Below are positions 1 to 11,400 of a stretch of 64,000 nt of DNA, in pieces. The stretch lies in NCBI GenBank assembly GCA_028534125.1, contig CM052816.1, positions 3,970,001 to 4,034,000 of the forward strand, written 5' to 3'. The translations under genes were made by a program, and so were the position numbers. The notes beneath the pieces were generated by a model that ran no database searches, was not told the DNA's origin, and saw only the letters and a program-made list of their open reading frames with translations. This DNA is from Lama glama. Lineage: Eukaryota. Each line of letters begins with the position of its first letter. Within the stretch, counting starts at the first letter, position 1.

Positions 1-978
1 TATATTGTGCATTTGCTAAATGCTAAGCTTTGAATAAGGGGAAGCTTTCATGGCGGGGGTGGGTAAAAATCTACGCTGCCTTATAACTGATAGATATGAA
101 AAATAATTGTTTAAAATTTGATTTTTTAAAAAAACACTCTTTTCAGGAAGGGGTAAAATGCAATCAATCGATGAAATAAAATTTCCACTATTAAGTCTCT
201 ATCTTTTAACAGTGATTTTAAGTAAATTACTGTTTTGTGTTACTCCTAAGTTGTCTATATTTCATACAATATAAGAGTATTTTTTGACAGATGAACTGCT
301 GGTTACTTGTTCAACTCAGAAAAGTTGAAAATGATGATAGAAACAGAATGACAAATGTAGATCCAGCATATTTCTAGGCAAATATATCACTGGGCTCCTT
401 AATGACAGTCAAAATCCCACATAATAATAAAAGGTACCAGGAACTTGTACGCACTTATCTGTTCCGACATTCTGAAAGTGTAATCCAAAATAGAAACTTC
501 AAACTCCGATTCCCTCCTAAAATAAGAGCCAATTTCTGCTAAAAATGCCCGTCTCCAAACTCTCAGGAAGCAAAGAACACAGCTTCATCTACAATGATCT
601 TCCCTGCCCACGACTGTCCTTTCATGTAGAAAAGTCACAGAAAGTTGGAGCAGGCTCAGAGCACAAGAGTTCACATACTTTTCTCTTTCACAAGCATATT
701 GCCAGCCAAATCCTAACTTTCCAAAGTGACTCTGCCCTGCTGAAAATCAGATCTGGGAGGGGGCTGGGGACAGAAAGCTCACAAGCCCACACCAAATGTT
801 TAAGTGACGGAGTTCTAACTTGTTCGCACACCCCCCCAACCCCATCCCCGAAACGCAGAGTACTTGCCAACAAACAGCAGGCTTAGAAAGCGAAGGGAAA
901 GCGTGCACATGCAAGAATGAGCAGTCCCCTACCTCTCTGGTCTGCTGCACAAAGAGGCTGGCTGGTGAAAATCACCCA

Positions 979-1530
979 CGGTTCGGGCGAGCGCGGAGAG
1001 GCTGGAAGGGGGCGGCCCTCGGCCAGCTGGGGGTGAGCAGGCCCAGCCCGTGCTCAGAAGCTGCCCCAGTCAGATTTTCCAGCTGGAGACTTGCAGCCAA
1101 GTCCCTGCCCATGCCTGAAGAATTTCCTGGACAGCATTCCCGTTCTTTTTCTGACTGCTTTGAAACCATACTCTGTGCTTCAATACGGCTTTGTCAGGCC
1201 AACTCCCAGCTACTGGGCTGCCTCCAGCTCTCAATGGGAAACACATGTGTCGAGCACAGACTCGCTACCCTGCATCCATGCCCGTGGCGTCTGCTGGGCT
1301 CACACTCACGACCACAAAGCCAACGGCTTCTAGAACCAGTTCTGCTTTCTCGGCCCTTTTCCACCCAGCTGGCCCCTGCTCCGTGGTGCTAGATCCTGGA
1401 GTTCAATCCTCTCTTCCTTAAGCTCATCCCTGCCCCCATTTAACTGGCTCCATCTGCTCACAGTCCCCAGCTGACCCCTGTAACTCCCCTGGAGCTCTCG
1501 CCAGCCCTGATAAGGAGCCTATTACAGCTG
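979..1530. promoter_or_regulatory. GC/CpG-enriched patch with GC box and five CAGCTG E-boxes (candidate enhancer or alternative promoter)
   Basis: 8 CpGs in 979-1050; GGGGCGG at 1009-1015; CAGCTG at 1024, 1080, 1366, 1468 and 1525. Function is inferred only. Confidence 0.35.
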
Positions 1531-1562
1531 AGAGATGGGCATTCTAATTGGATCTCCCCTAC

Positions 1563-1694
1563 CTGCCTGATGCCTCTGTCTTTGCTCAAAATTTCAATTG
1601 CTAGAGGGGAAGCCATATTTTTAGCATTTCCAGACTGGTTCAGGACTTCAGAGTTGTCCCCCCATCCTGATATGTGCATCTCTTGCTGCTGCAC
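1563..1694 (-). CDS. Candidate 132-nt internal exon (phase 0-0) of an unidentified gene: VQQQEMHISGWGDNSEVLNQSGNAKNMASPLAIEILSKDRGIRQ
   Basis: Minus strand acceptor ttatttttag|GTG and donor CAG|gtaggg; only one frame is open; length is a multiple of 3; peptide not recognised. Confidence 0.25.
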
Positions 1695-2404
1695 CTAAAA
1701 ATAATGCAGTTATTTCACAGGCACTTTTGTGGCTCTTTGCTCTATAACTGTGCTAGTGCCAAAAAAAATAAAGTAATGTTTTGCAGGCTGTTGTAATGTG
1801 TGTTGTGGTTATAGGAAACAGCAAGGAGAAAAGACTGCACCTTTAATCAAAATGGGTCCTAACTGTATATACCTGTGATTTTTTTCTGGCTGCCGCTTCA
1901 CCAAGATATCCCATGTACTTTCTGCTGGATTTTGTGGTCTACCATGGGGATTTCCTCCTTCTATATAACAGAGAAGACATTTCTAAAGATATGAAGAAGA
2001 TGCCCCTCTTCTCCCATACTGAAAATCCCATATCTGAAGACCTAAAGCTAAACTGTCAAGGTAACAGGATAGAAAAAAAAAAAAGATGATTTTGAGAGAG
2101 CCTCATTTGTTTCCAGGGTCTTCTTGTCTTTTTTTTTTTTTTTTTTTTTTTGGTATTCCAAAACTCCTATCCCACTAGCAACTTATTTTAAAGAACTGGC
2201 TTGCCCGATTTTAAAAGTGCTGTGTATTCCGGAGGGGCTGCTGTAAATAATAGATTTGGTGGGATCTGGAGTTTTGCATCAAACTGCAGTGGGTACTTTC
2301 AGAAACATTCAATTTTGCCTTGGGAAGCAGTGTGTATATCTGTGTGGGGAGGAAGGGGGCATGTGCGCCTCTAAGGTCAGGATGTAATTACAGAAACAAA
2401 GAAC

Positions 2405-2580
2405 TCCACAGTAGGAGGGAACCCCAGAGACCATCCAATCCAAATGGTTTCAATCCTTCGTTTCACACAGGGAAATGGAGGTCCACATAGATAAGATGAC
2501 TTGTCCAGAGTGCAAAGACTCATAATGTTAGAGCTGATGCTAGAAAGTAGGATTTGGGCTAATTTTCAAAGTGCTTTCTC
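2405..2580 (-). mobile_element. MIR/MIR3-type SINE fragment
   Basis: Degenerate reverse MIR core (gggaaatggaggtccacatagataagatgacttgtccagag). Confidence 0.55.
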
Positions 2581-2639
2581 TAGCCCAGCATCAACTGGGA
2601 AAGGCAGTATCATCTAACTGTCACAAGAGTAGCCTTGCA

Positions 2640-2830
2640 ATCAGAGGGCCTGGGTGTAATCCTAGCTGTTTCTTCTTGGCTGTGAATCCTGGTTAGTTTG
2701 CTTAACGTCTCTGGGCCTCAGTTTCCTCATCTGCAAAATGGGGATAACAAAAGACTCTAACTCACAGAATTGTTAGGATTTGGTGAGATAATCCATACAA
2801 AATGTTTGTTACACTGTCGGTAAATAAATT
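2640..2830 (+). mobile_element. MIR SINE
   Basis: Canonical core ctctgggcctcagtttcctcatctgcaaaatggggataa. Confidence 0.9.
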
Positions 2831-5171
2831 TTACTTTTTTTTTAATCAAGCAAAAATCAGACCCTTTCTCTTACCAAAAAGCAACATTGTACTTTCACAT
2901 CTAGCCTGAGTTCCTGAACTATCTGATTGGCTACTGAAGTTTTCTGCCAACTAACTTTTACATAACAGGGACCTACCACCTTAAATATAGGCAAGTGTCT
3001 AATGCCTTATTGGAACACTGAACCAACCACATAGCTACTTTTCACTTATTCTCTACATATAGCACTGAAGTCTTTCTTCAAGATTAAATCACAGGAAAGG
3101 TAAACAGTGAGATCAAATCTGCAGTCAGTTTCATGAGGCTGAACAAAGTGCCATTTGCAGAGAACTGGACCTTCTCTCCAAACCTTAAGAGCTCAAGATT
3201 ATCATTCTAAAAATAGAAGACCATTAACAATTGCCATTCCACGTTTGGCAACTGCAGTGTCCTAAATTGACAACAAAATAAAATCCTGTAAATTGAGGAA
3301 GAAACCTTACCAAGGAAACAGCTGCTACAAATTCTCAAGAATCCGATTTCTAGCTGGGGTCCCAGAGCCTTTGTTTCAGAAGCAATCAAAGCAAGTGGTT
3401 AATGCACCACTCACTACTTACTAACCATGTCGGGATGCCATGCTTTTAGAAAAACAAAAGAGGAGGGGAAGTTCTTAATTTCAAGTAACTTACAAATGTT
3501 CTGGTAATCAACGAGAATAACAGTGAAAATAAAAAAGCTACATAAAACAACTGGAAAAACCAAGGTCTGATTTTATACAAAGGCAGAACAATGGTGATGT
3601 GATCCAAAGGACACTGCTCTGATGCTTCTCTAAAGACTTGCTGCATGGCTCATCTCAGCGTGGCTATGTGGGGTGGGATACCTTAGTTTGAGACTCAGCT
3701 TCATTACTACCAGCTGGAAAATCCTAAAAAGTTACTCTTCTAATGTTAAGAAAAATGACCAAAAACTTGAAAATAAGGCCAAAAGGTAGTCACTTTCTTT
3801 CAAAGTCATATATGCTAATTGTTTAACATGCCCTCCCAAGAATTATTTAAGGGGGAATGTGCTTTGTTCTGTTTACTGTTTACCACTGAATAAAGATCCC
3901 AAATTTAGTAAAGTTGCATGTTAACTTGGGAGACTTTTGTCTGTTAACGATACAAGTTGTTTCTCTTCCATAGAAAATATAACCTCAGATGTGATGGTTT
4001 ATCGCCCTGTAGGATGTTAACCGGTTTTGTATCTAGTCGAGCTAACATTCCTTTATGAATGTACCTGCGAATAAAGAGGTCCTCAAGTGGTCTTGGAATC
4101 AGTCTTACCATCATACTGATTCCTTCATTATTAATGAGTCAAATAAAATCTTTGACATATTTTCATTTTATATTTGTAAGAGTCGTGCATTTAAAGATGA
4201 TAACTTGACACTTCCGTTTTCTTCATCTGCGTGAGTGTTGTAAGTTTTCATGAGATAACGCATAATAAAGCACTTAGCAAAGTGTACGGCACACGGTAAG
4301 TGCTCAAGCTATGGAAGGACTGCTATTATTTAATGCTATACTATTTGGTTTTCAGTTTTGTAAAGGACCCTAGAGATCACTAGACTAGATCACTGGACTA
4401 GCCTCCTCCCTCCTACACCTTTCAGTCCTTGCCACTAGATTCTAAATCCCCTCTTGGATGGCCACTCCAGCTGGAGTTCTTTTACAGATCGATCTGTTCA
4501 CTTTTCAGAGAGGTCTACTTTTAAAGTTCTAAAACTAACAACTGAAATATATGTCCCTATAGCACATTCAGATTCTACAGCTGCTCATCATGAAGGTCAG
4601 TCAGCAATTCTGATCACACGGATCCCATGAATGAGAAAACCCCATTCAAAGCTAGAACGTAAGGTCCATGAGGACATGGGTTTTTGTCTGCTTCGTCTCC
4701 TGCCCTTTCCCCAAAGTCTCAGATGGGTAAGTACCTGGCTCGCATATTTAACCTTTGAACAAATAACAACTTTTGACTTACTTGAAAGCAGGGACCCTAA
4801 ATCATCCTTATTTAGGAGGTATTTTGACTATAGTTTAAACTCATCTGGTACCACTGGATCATTTCTCCTCATTATGGTTTGGATTCCTTTTAACTCTGGT
4901 TTGCTTTCTTCCAGGAATGGTTCAGTTTGGCTACTTTCTTCTTAAAATTTGGTGCTGAGAGGTGAGCATGCTTTGTAGATGTGCTGGGTCTAATGTAGGG
5001 GCAGAGGAACAACTCCTTGTCTCATTTAGGATGAACACTTCCATGAATACAGTTCCCGATAATACTAGGTTTGGAGGCAGTAACCTTCAGGCACCAGAGA
5101 AGCCAGCTCCTAGTGCCTCTCTATTATACGTGCGTTTATTAGGCTACATCTCCTACGTAGTTTATTTACAT

Positions 5172-5364
5172 CTGTGATTCTCAAGCTTAGCTCTATGTGA
5201 GAGTCATCTGAAGGGGGCTTTCAAAATAACCAGAGATAGAGGCCTGTCACGGAGACTTTGATTCTATTGAATTGGGACAGGAACCAGGTGACAGTACTTT
5301 GTGTTGAGCCCTCCCCCACCAAAATGAAAATGACTCTAGTGTAAGCCAGACTCAAGAATCACTG
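5172..5364. mobile_element. MER5-type hAT-Charlie MITE
   Basis: Termini tgtgattctcaag ... caagaatcactg and a MER5-like interior (gagactttgattc). Confidence 0.7.
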
Positions 5365-5384
5365 TTACAGCGATAGCTTCACTT

Positions 5385-5937
5385 TAAACATAAACATAAT
5401 TGTGTCATTCTGTGCACTAAAGTCCTTATCACTGCTTTAAAGGGGAAGACAGCCACCATCACTATGACTTAAAAGGCCTGGCTTGATCAGGTCCCTGGTC
5501 TCCCTCTTCAGTCTTATCTGCTGCCACTCCCCCTTCTTCCAGTGTTTCAAAGACATCATGTATCTTTACACTTGAGATTCAAAACAGCTGTCCTCTTTCT
5601 TTCTGGGAAGTATTTTTCCCGAATGTTACCTTCACTCCCCTGTTTTCTTCTATTTAACTCCTATTCAATCTTCATATTTATATTTTAATCACTGTCTCTA
5701 GGATTTGGTTACCTGAACCCCAGAACCAACCCTCTCCTATTATATATGCCTCCAAACTAGCACTTACCAGACATATGATTATATATTTACCTGTGTTCTT
5801 ACTTGACTCATGTCAGTCTTTCCTGATAGACAATATTCTCCATAACGATCAAAACTAGGCTTCCTTGCTCACTACTGTTTCCTAGTTCTACCATGCCTAG
5901 CACATAGAACGTGCACAACAGATATTGTTAAGTGAAG
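5385..5937 (+). mobile_element. L2 LINE 3' fragment
   Basis: Pyrimidine-rich L2 body ending in an L2-type tail (cctagcacatagaacgtgcacaacagatattgttaagtgaa). Confidence 0.7.
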
Positions 5938-6020
5938 GCAGTTTTTTTTTTAAATCCAAGCAAAAGAGCATGTATACAACTCCATTTTTTTAAATCTTGG
6001 TTTTTCAGACTTCATTTAAT

Positions 6021-6233
6021 CTGCAACTTTTTATCTCTATGTTAATAGAAAAATGTTAGACCCTTAAAGGTCAGAGCCTTGGGAACGGGCTACCTTGTAT
6101 ATTTCAGGCTACAGGCAACATTCTTTTTACAAAAGTGCAGAATCAGCATGACTCAGCACAGGTGACTCAGCACAGGGGTTAGTGCCAGAGTAATAGATCC
6201 AATGTAGAGTCAGGGGTGTTCTTCTCTTGTACA
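6021..6233 (-). mobile_element. MER41-like ERV1 LTR, 5' part only
   Basis: Minus strand starts with TGT and contains tgactctacattggatct...gaatgttgcctgtagcctgaaatatac...ggctctgacctttaa...atagagataaaaagttgcag, matching my recollection of laurasiatherian MER41-like LTRs. Confidence 0.65.
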
Positions 6234-6357
6234 GTAGGGTGTTTATGATTACTGGGCAGAGGATTTGCTGGGCCAGTCACTTGAGAGGGCAGGCTAAGCT
6301 GAGATGGAGTCATACAGAGGTACAAAGCCATCATGGCACAAGCCTGCGAAGAGGCAC

Positions 6358-6790
6358 TCGTCAGGACCCTTTCAGTTATGGCAGCCAGAACCTACTGAAA
6401 TTAACCTAATGAAAAAAAGAAATGAGAGTTCCTAAATATTACTTTAAACCCAAGTGGATCTTAATGTGGGAAGGAGTGTAGCAGGTAAAAAAATAATCAA
6501 AGCTCTCTTCTTCTCTAGGCTTCATTCTCTTTTGCTCTCTCCATTGAGTAGTAAGATGTCCACAGGTGGTCCCAAGCTCACTTTAGTAGGGAAAATAAAA
6601 GATCTTTTCCAGAAAGGATGCTAGGTAGCCCTGGACAAACCTCTACAACCAGGGGTATGAAGCTCTAGTGGGGGCCATATTTGGCTCATATGACAACCCT
6701 AGCAACTAAAGGGAAGGAATCAGCTCCATCTCCATCACAGGAACAGAGTAGGCTAATTAAGGAATTGAGAAAAAGCAGTAGGCGAAGTCC
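6358..6790 (-). mobile_element. MaLR (MLT1-type) LTR, degenerate
   Basis: tcaggaccctttcagttatggcagccagaacctactgaaattaacctaatgaaaaaaag resembles the reverse MLT1 3' end. Confidence 0.5.
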
Positions 6791-8029
6791 CATGTAAACT
6801 ACGGGTGACAGGGCACTCAAGACATATTCATCATCTTGCCAATGGAAGGTTCTTTAAGAAATATTGAAAGGCAATATTTAATCAAAGGATAGAAAAAATA
6901 TTTGCTATATACAAGCCAAAACCAGATGAATTAAAATTAAACTGATGGCAGATAATTAGAACAGTAACATTATGCCAGCCTTTCATTTAAGGGTTCATTT
7001 CCCAAATAATACCTGATGGGAAATGAAACTTACTGTGCTTTGGCTTTTTGAAACAGACAGAGCAAGTCCAATCCTACTTTTCAATGGCCAAGGGAAAAAT
7101 TATCTAGTGGATTTTAAAGACACTTTGTGTGTGTGTGTGGAGGCAATCTGGACCAGGAAGTTTGGCTCAGTGACAAATCAATGACCCACAGTTTTCAGAA
7201 TATCTCCATTGGCCAGACACAACGTCTAAGGTGAAGTCATTTTCTGTTTTGGAAATTCAAATATATGTGTAGTGCACAATGAGGGATTCTCAAGCTAAAT
7301 CATTACTTTGAAGAGGAATTGACATATTTGATAATTTAATGTGACTAGTAATGAAACACACTGCAAATATATCATTTTCAAAATAAATTAAATAGTGTAA
7401 AGCAAATACTGGCATAGTTGTATAGATGGTTCCATGCATTCTTTCCTGTTCAACACAAAACAATGATCCATTCTTCTAAAATTTCATTCTGGTCCATAAT
7501 TTCTCATTGTCTTACAGCTTCCTGGAAGTAAAACTCTTGAAATATACATTTTTATTTGGAAATAAAATTTACTGATCAATAAAAATGGGCCAGATTTCAT
7601 GATAGGCACTCCAAGCTAGGCAGAAATAAATAAAACCTGTACTTTGAAAAAAATGATACCATCACTCATCTTTATTTTTATAATAATATCAGTGCTCAAT
7701 GATACCAAATATTACAGCTGGATTCAGGAATTCCTAGCTTAAATGTAAGCCCTCTGAATGAGGAGTGCTGCCCTAAACGAAAGGCCAAGCCTCAAAATTC
7801 AACATCACAACCCAGCAAATATATATCAAAAAAATCAAAAGCTGCCAAGGACAGGAAAATACATATTATACATTTCAAATCATTTACTCCTTAGGAGTTT
7901 ATTTATATATGTGATGGAGAGACATCATTGGGCAAATCCACAACTACCATGATGTTTGGCATATAATATGTGCTTAATGAATGTTTAGTAGTTTACTAAT
8001 AATTAACATTACTAGTAATAAGTAGTATT

Positions 8030-8445
8030 AACTACTATATATAAAATAGATAAAGAACAAGTTTCTATTGTGTAGTACTATCAATATCTTGTAGTAACCT
8101 ATAATGAAAAATAATATGAAAAAGCATATACAGATGACTGAAACATTATGCTTCAGAAATTATACTTAATTATACAAACCAGAAATTGATGCAACATTGT
8201 AAACTGACTATAAAAAACATTTTAAACTGACTTCAATTAAAAAAAAATTTTTTAAATACACCCATTACTATGTATAAAATAAGTAAACAAAAGGATCTAC
8301 TGTATAGCGTAGAGAACTATATTCAATATCCTGTAATAACCTATAATGGAAAGAATATATATATATGTATATGTATAACTGAATCACTTTGCTGTACACC
8401 TGAAACTAATACCACAATGTAAATCAACTATGCTTTAATAAAAAA
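8030..8445 (+). mobile_element. Two tandem 5'-truncated L1 3' tails (artiodactyl/camelid type)
   Basis: ccagaaattgatgcaacattgtaaactgac...ttcaattaaaaaaaaa (ends ~8247), then aactgaatcactttgctgtacacctgaaactaat...aataaaaaa (ends ~8445). Confidence 0.8.
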
Positions 8446-8479
8446 CCAATATACTCTTTAAAAAATTTTTTAAAATATT

Positions 8480-11400
8480 CCATTATTGTCAGATAAAGAG
8501 AAGCTGAGGAAGTTTATCACCACTAGACCTGCCTTATAAGAAATAATAAATGGAATTCTTCAAGTAGAAATGAAAGAATGCTAAGAAACAACATATGAAA
8601 TAAAAGTATAAAAATCACTGGTAAAAATAAATGTATATATATCCTAATACTGTAATGATGGTACATAAATCCCTTTTAACTCTGGCTTCAAAATTAAAAG
8701 ACAAAAGTTTCAAAAATAACTATAACTACAATAATTAGTTAATGGATAAACAATGTTTTAAAATGTTAAGTGTGATATCGAAAACATAACATGCAGAAGG
8801 GAAAAGTAAAAGTGTAGAGTGATTCTATATGCAAGTATAAAGTTAAGTAGTTACTAGTTTAAAACAGACTGTTATAACTCTAAGATGTTTTAGGTACACT
8901 TCATGGTAACCCTAAGATGAAGAACCTTAAGGACACAAATAGCTGAAAGTGAAGGGATGGTAAAAGATATTCCATGCAAATGGTAAACAAAAAGACAGCT
9001 GAAACAGCTTTAGTCATAGCAGACAAAATAGACTTTCACTCAAAATCTATCACAGGAGAAAATAAAAGGTCACTGTATAATGATAAAAAGGTCTATTCAT
9101 CAACAGGATATAACAATTGCAAATATATATGCATTCAACATTGGAGCATCTAAATACATAAAGCTAGTATTAACAGAACGGTATGGAGAAATATACAGCA
9201 ATACAGTAGTAGGGGACTTCAATACCCCACTTTCAACAATGGATAAATCATCCAGACTGAAAAAAAAAATCAATTAAGGGAATGGCAGTTTGAATTAACA
9301 GTACAGACCAAATGGCCCTAACAGACATATACAGAACATTCCATACAACAGCAGCAGGATGCACATTCTTTTGATATGTACACAAAACAATCCCCAGGAT
9401 AGGTAATATGCTGGGCCACAAAATAAGTCTCAACAAATTTAAGACTGAAATAATATCAAGTATTTTTTTCTGACCACAACAGTATGAAACTAAAAATCAG
9501 TAATAGGAGAAAACCTGAAAGATGCACAAATATGTGAAAATTAAGCAACACACTCTTTAACAACCAACAGGTCAAAGAACAAAACAAAAGGGGAGCCAAA
9601 AAGCATCTTGAGACAAACAACAATGAAACACAACACACTAAAACTCATGGAATGCAGCAAAGCAATTCTAAGAGGGCAGTTTATAGTGATGAATGTCAAC
9701 ATTAGGGGAACAAACCAAGTGAACAACTGAATTTTATACTTAAGTTACTCAAAAAAGGACAAAGTTAGCAGAAGAAAGGAAATAATAAAGATTAGAAAAG
9801 AAATAAAGAAAAGAGACCAGAAAATCAATCGAAAAGAACAACAAAACTAAGGGCTGTTTTTTTTTTTTTGAAAAGATAAACAAAACTGGCAAAACTTTAG
9901 CTAGACTAACAAAGAAGAAAAAAGCAGGGAGGACACAAATAAATAAAATCATAAAGCTAAGAGAAGGCATTACAATTGATGCCACAGAAATAAAAAGGAT
10001 CAGAAAAGACTACTATGAACAATTATGCACCAACAAATTGGACAACCTGGAAGAGATAAATAATTCCTAGAAACATACAATCTACCAAGACTGAATCTTG
10101 AAGACAGAGAAAATGTGAACAAAGTATTTACTAGTAAGGACATTGAAGCAGTAATCAAACGCTTCCAAAAAAGAAAAGCTCAGGACCAGATGGTCCTTCA
10201 CGAGTGAATTCTACCAAACAATCAGAGAAGAATTGATGCCAGTCCTTCCAAAACTCTTCCAAACAATTGAAGAGGAGGAAACAATTCCAAACTCATTTTA
10301 CAAGGCTAGCATTATCCTCATAGCAAAGGCAAATAAGGACACTACAAGGAAAGAACATTACAGGCCACTATCCTTGGTAAACACAAATGCAAAAATCCTC
10401 AACAAAATACCAGCAAACTGAACTAAGACCGCATTAATATACATACCTATAGAGCATCTATGCTTCAGTCATATGTATGTATATGTACAACTGACATTGT
10501 GCTGTACACCAGAAATTGACACAACATTGTAAATGGACTATATTTCAATTAAAAAAAGAAAAGAAAGAAATTTAACCTTAAAAAAAAATCAGAATTCAAA
10601 AAAAAAAAGAGCACATTAAAAGGATGATATAAAAAGATCAAGTAGGATTCATCCCTGGGATGCAAGAATGGTTTGACATATGCAAATCAATGAAAGTTAT
10701 GCATCACATTAACAGAAAGAAGGGTAAAAATCATACAATCACCTCAATAGATACAGGAAAAGCATTTGATGAAAATTCAACATGCATTCATGATCAAAAC
10801 TCTCCACAATCCACGAATGTAAGGACTGTACCTCCATATAATAAATACCATACATGACAAGTCCACAGCTAACATCACACTCAATAGTGAAAAGCTGAAA
10901 GATCAAGAACAAGTCAGGATGCCCACTCCAATTCAACATATCACTGAAAGTCCTACCCAGATCAGTCAGGCAAGAAAAATAAATAAAAGGCATCCAAATT
11001 GGAAAGGAAGAAGTTAAACAGTCTCTGTATGCAGACAATTTGATTTTACATAGAGAAAACCCTAAAGATTTCATCAAAAAATACTAGAACTAATAAATTC
11101 TGTTAAGTTGCAGTATACAAAATCAATACACAAACATAAATTGCATTTATATACACTAACAAACTGTCAGAAAAGGATTTTTAAAAATACTTAAAAATAA
11201 ATTTAACTAAGGAGGTGTAAAAGATCTGTACTCTGAAAAATATAAAAGTGATAAAAGAAACTGAAGAAGACACAAATAAATGGAAAAATCCCATGTCCAT
11301 GGATATGAAGAATATTGTTAAAATGCCCATTCTAACTAAAGCGATCAACAGATTCAATGCAGTCCCTATCAGAATTCCAAAGCCATTTTCACAGAAAGTG

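Noticed and set aside
820..1392. 190-aa plus-strand ORF, the longest non-gap ORF
   Set aside because: Non-ATG start, GC-rich context that suppresses stops, overlapping ORFs in several frames, and no recognisable domain.
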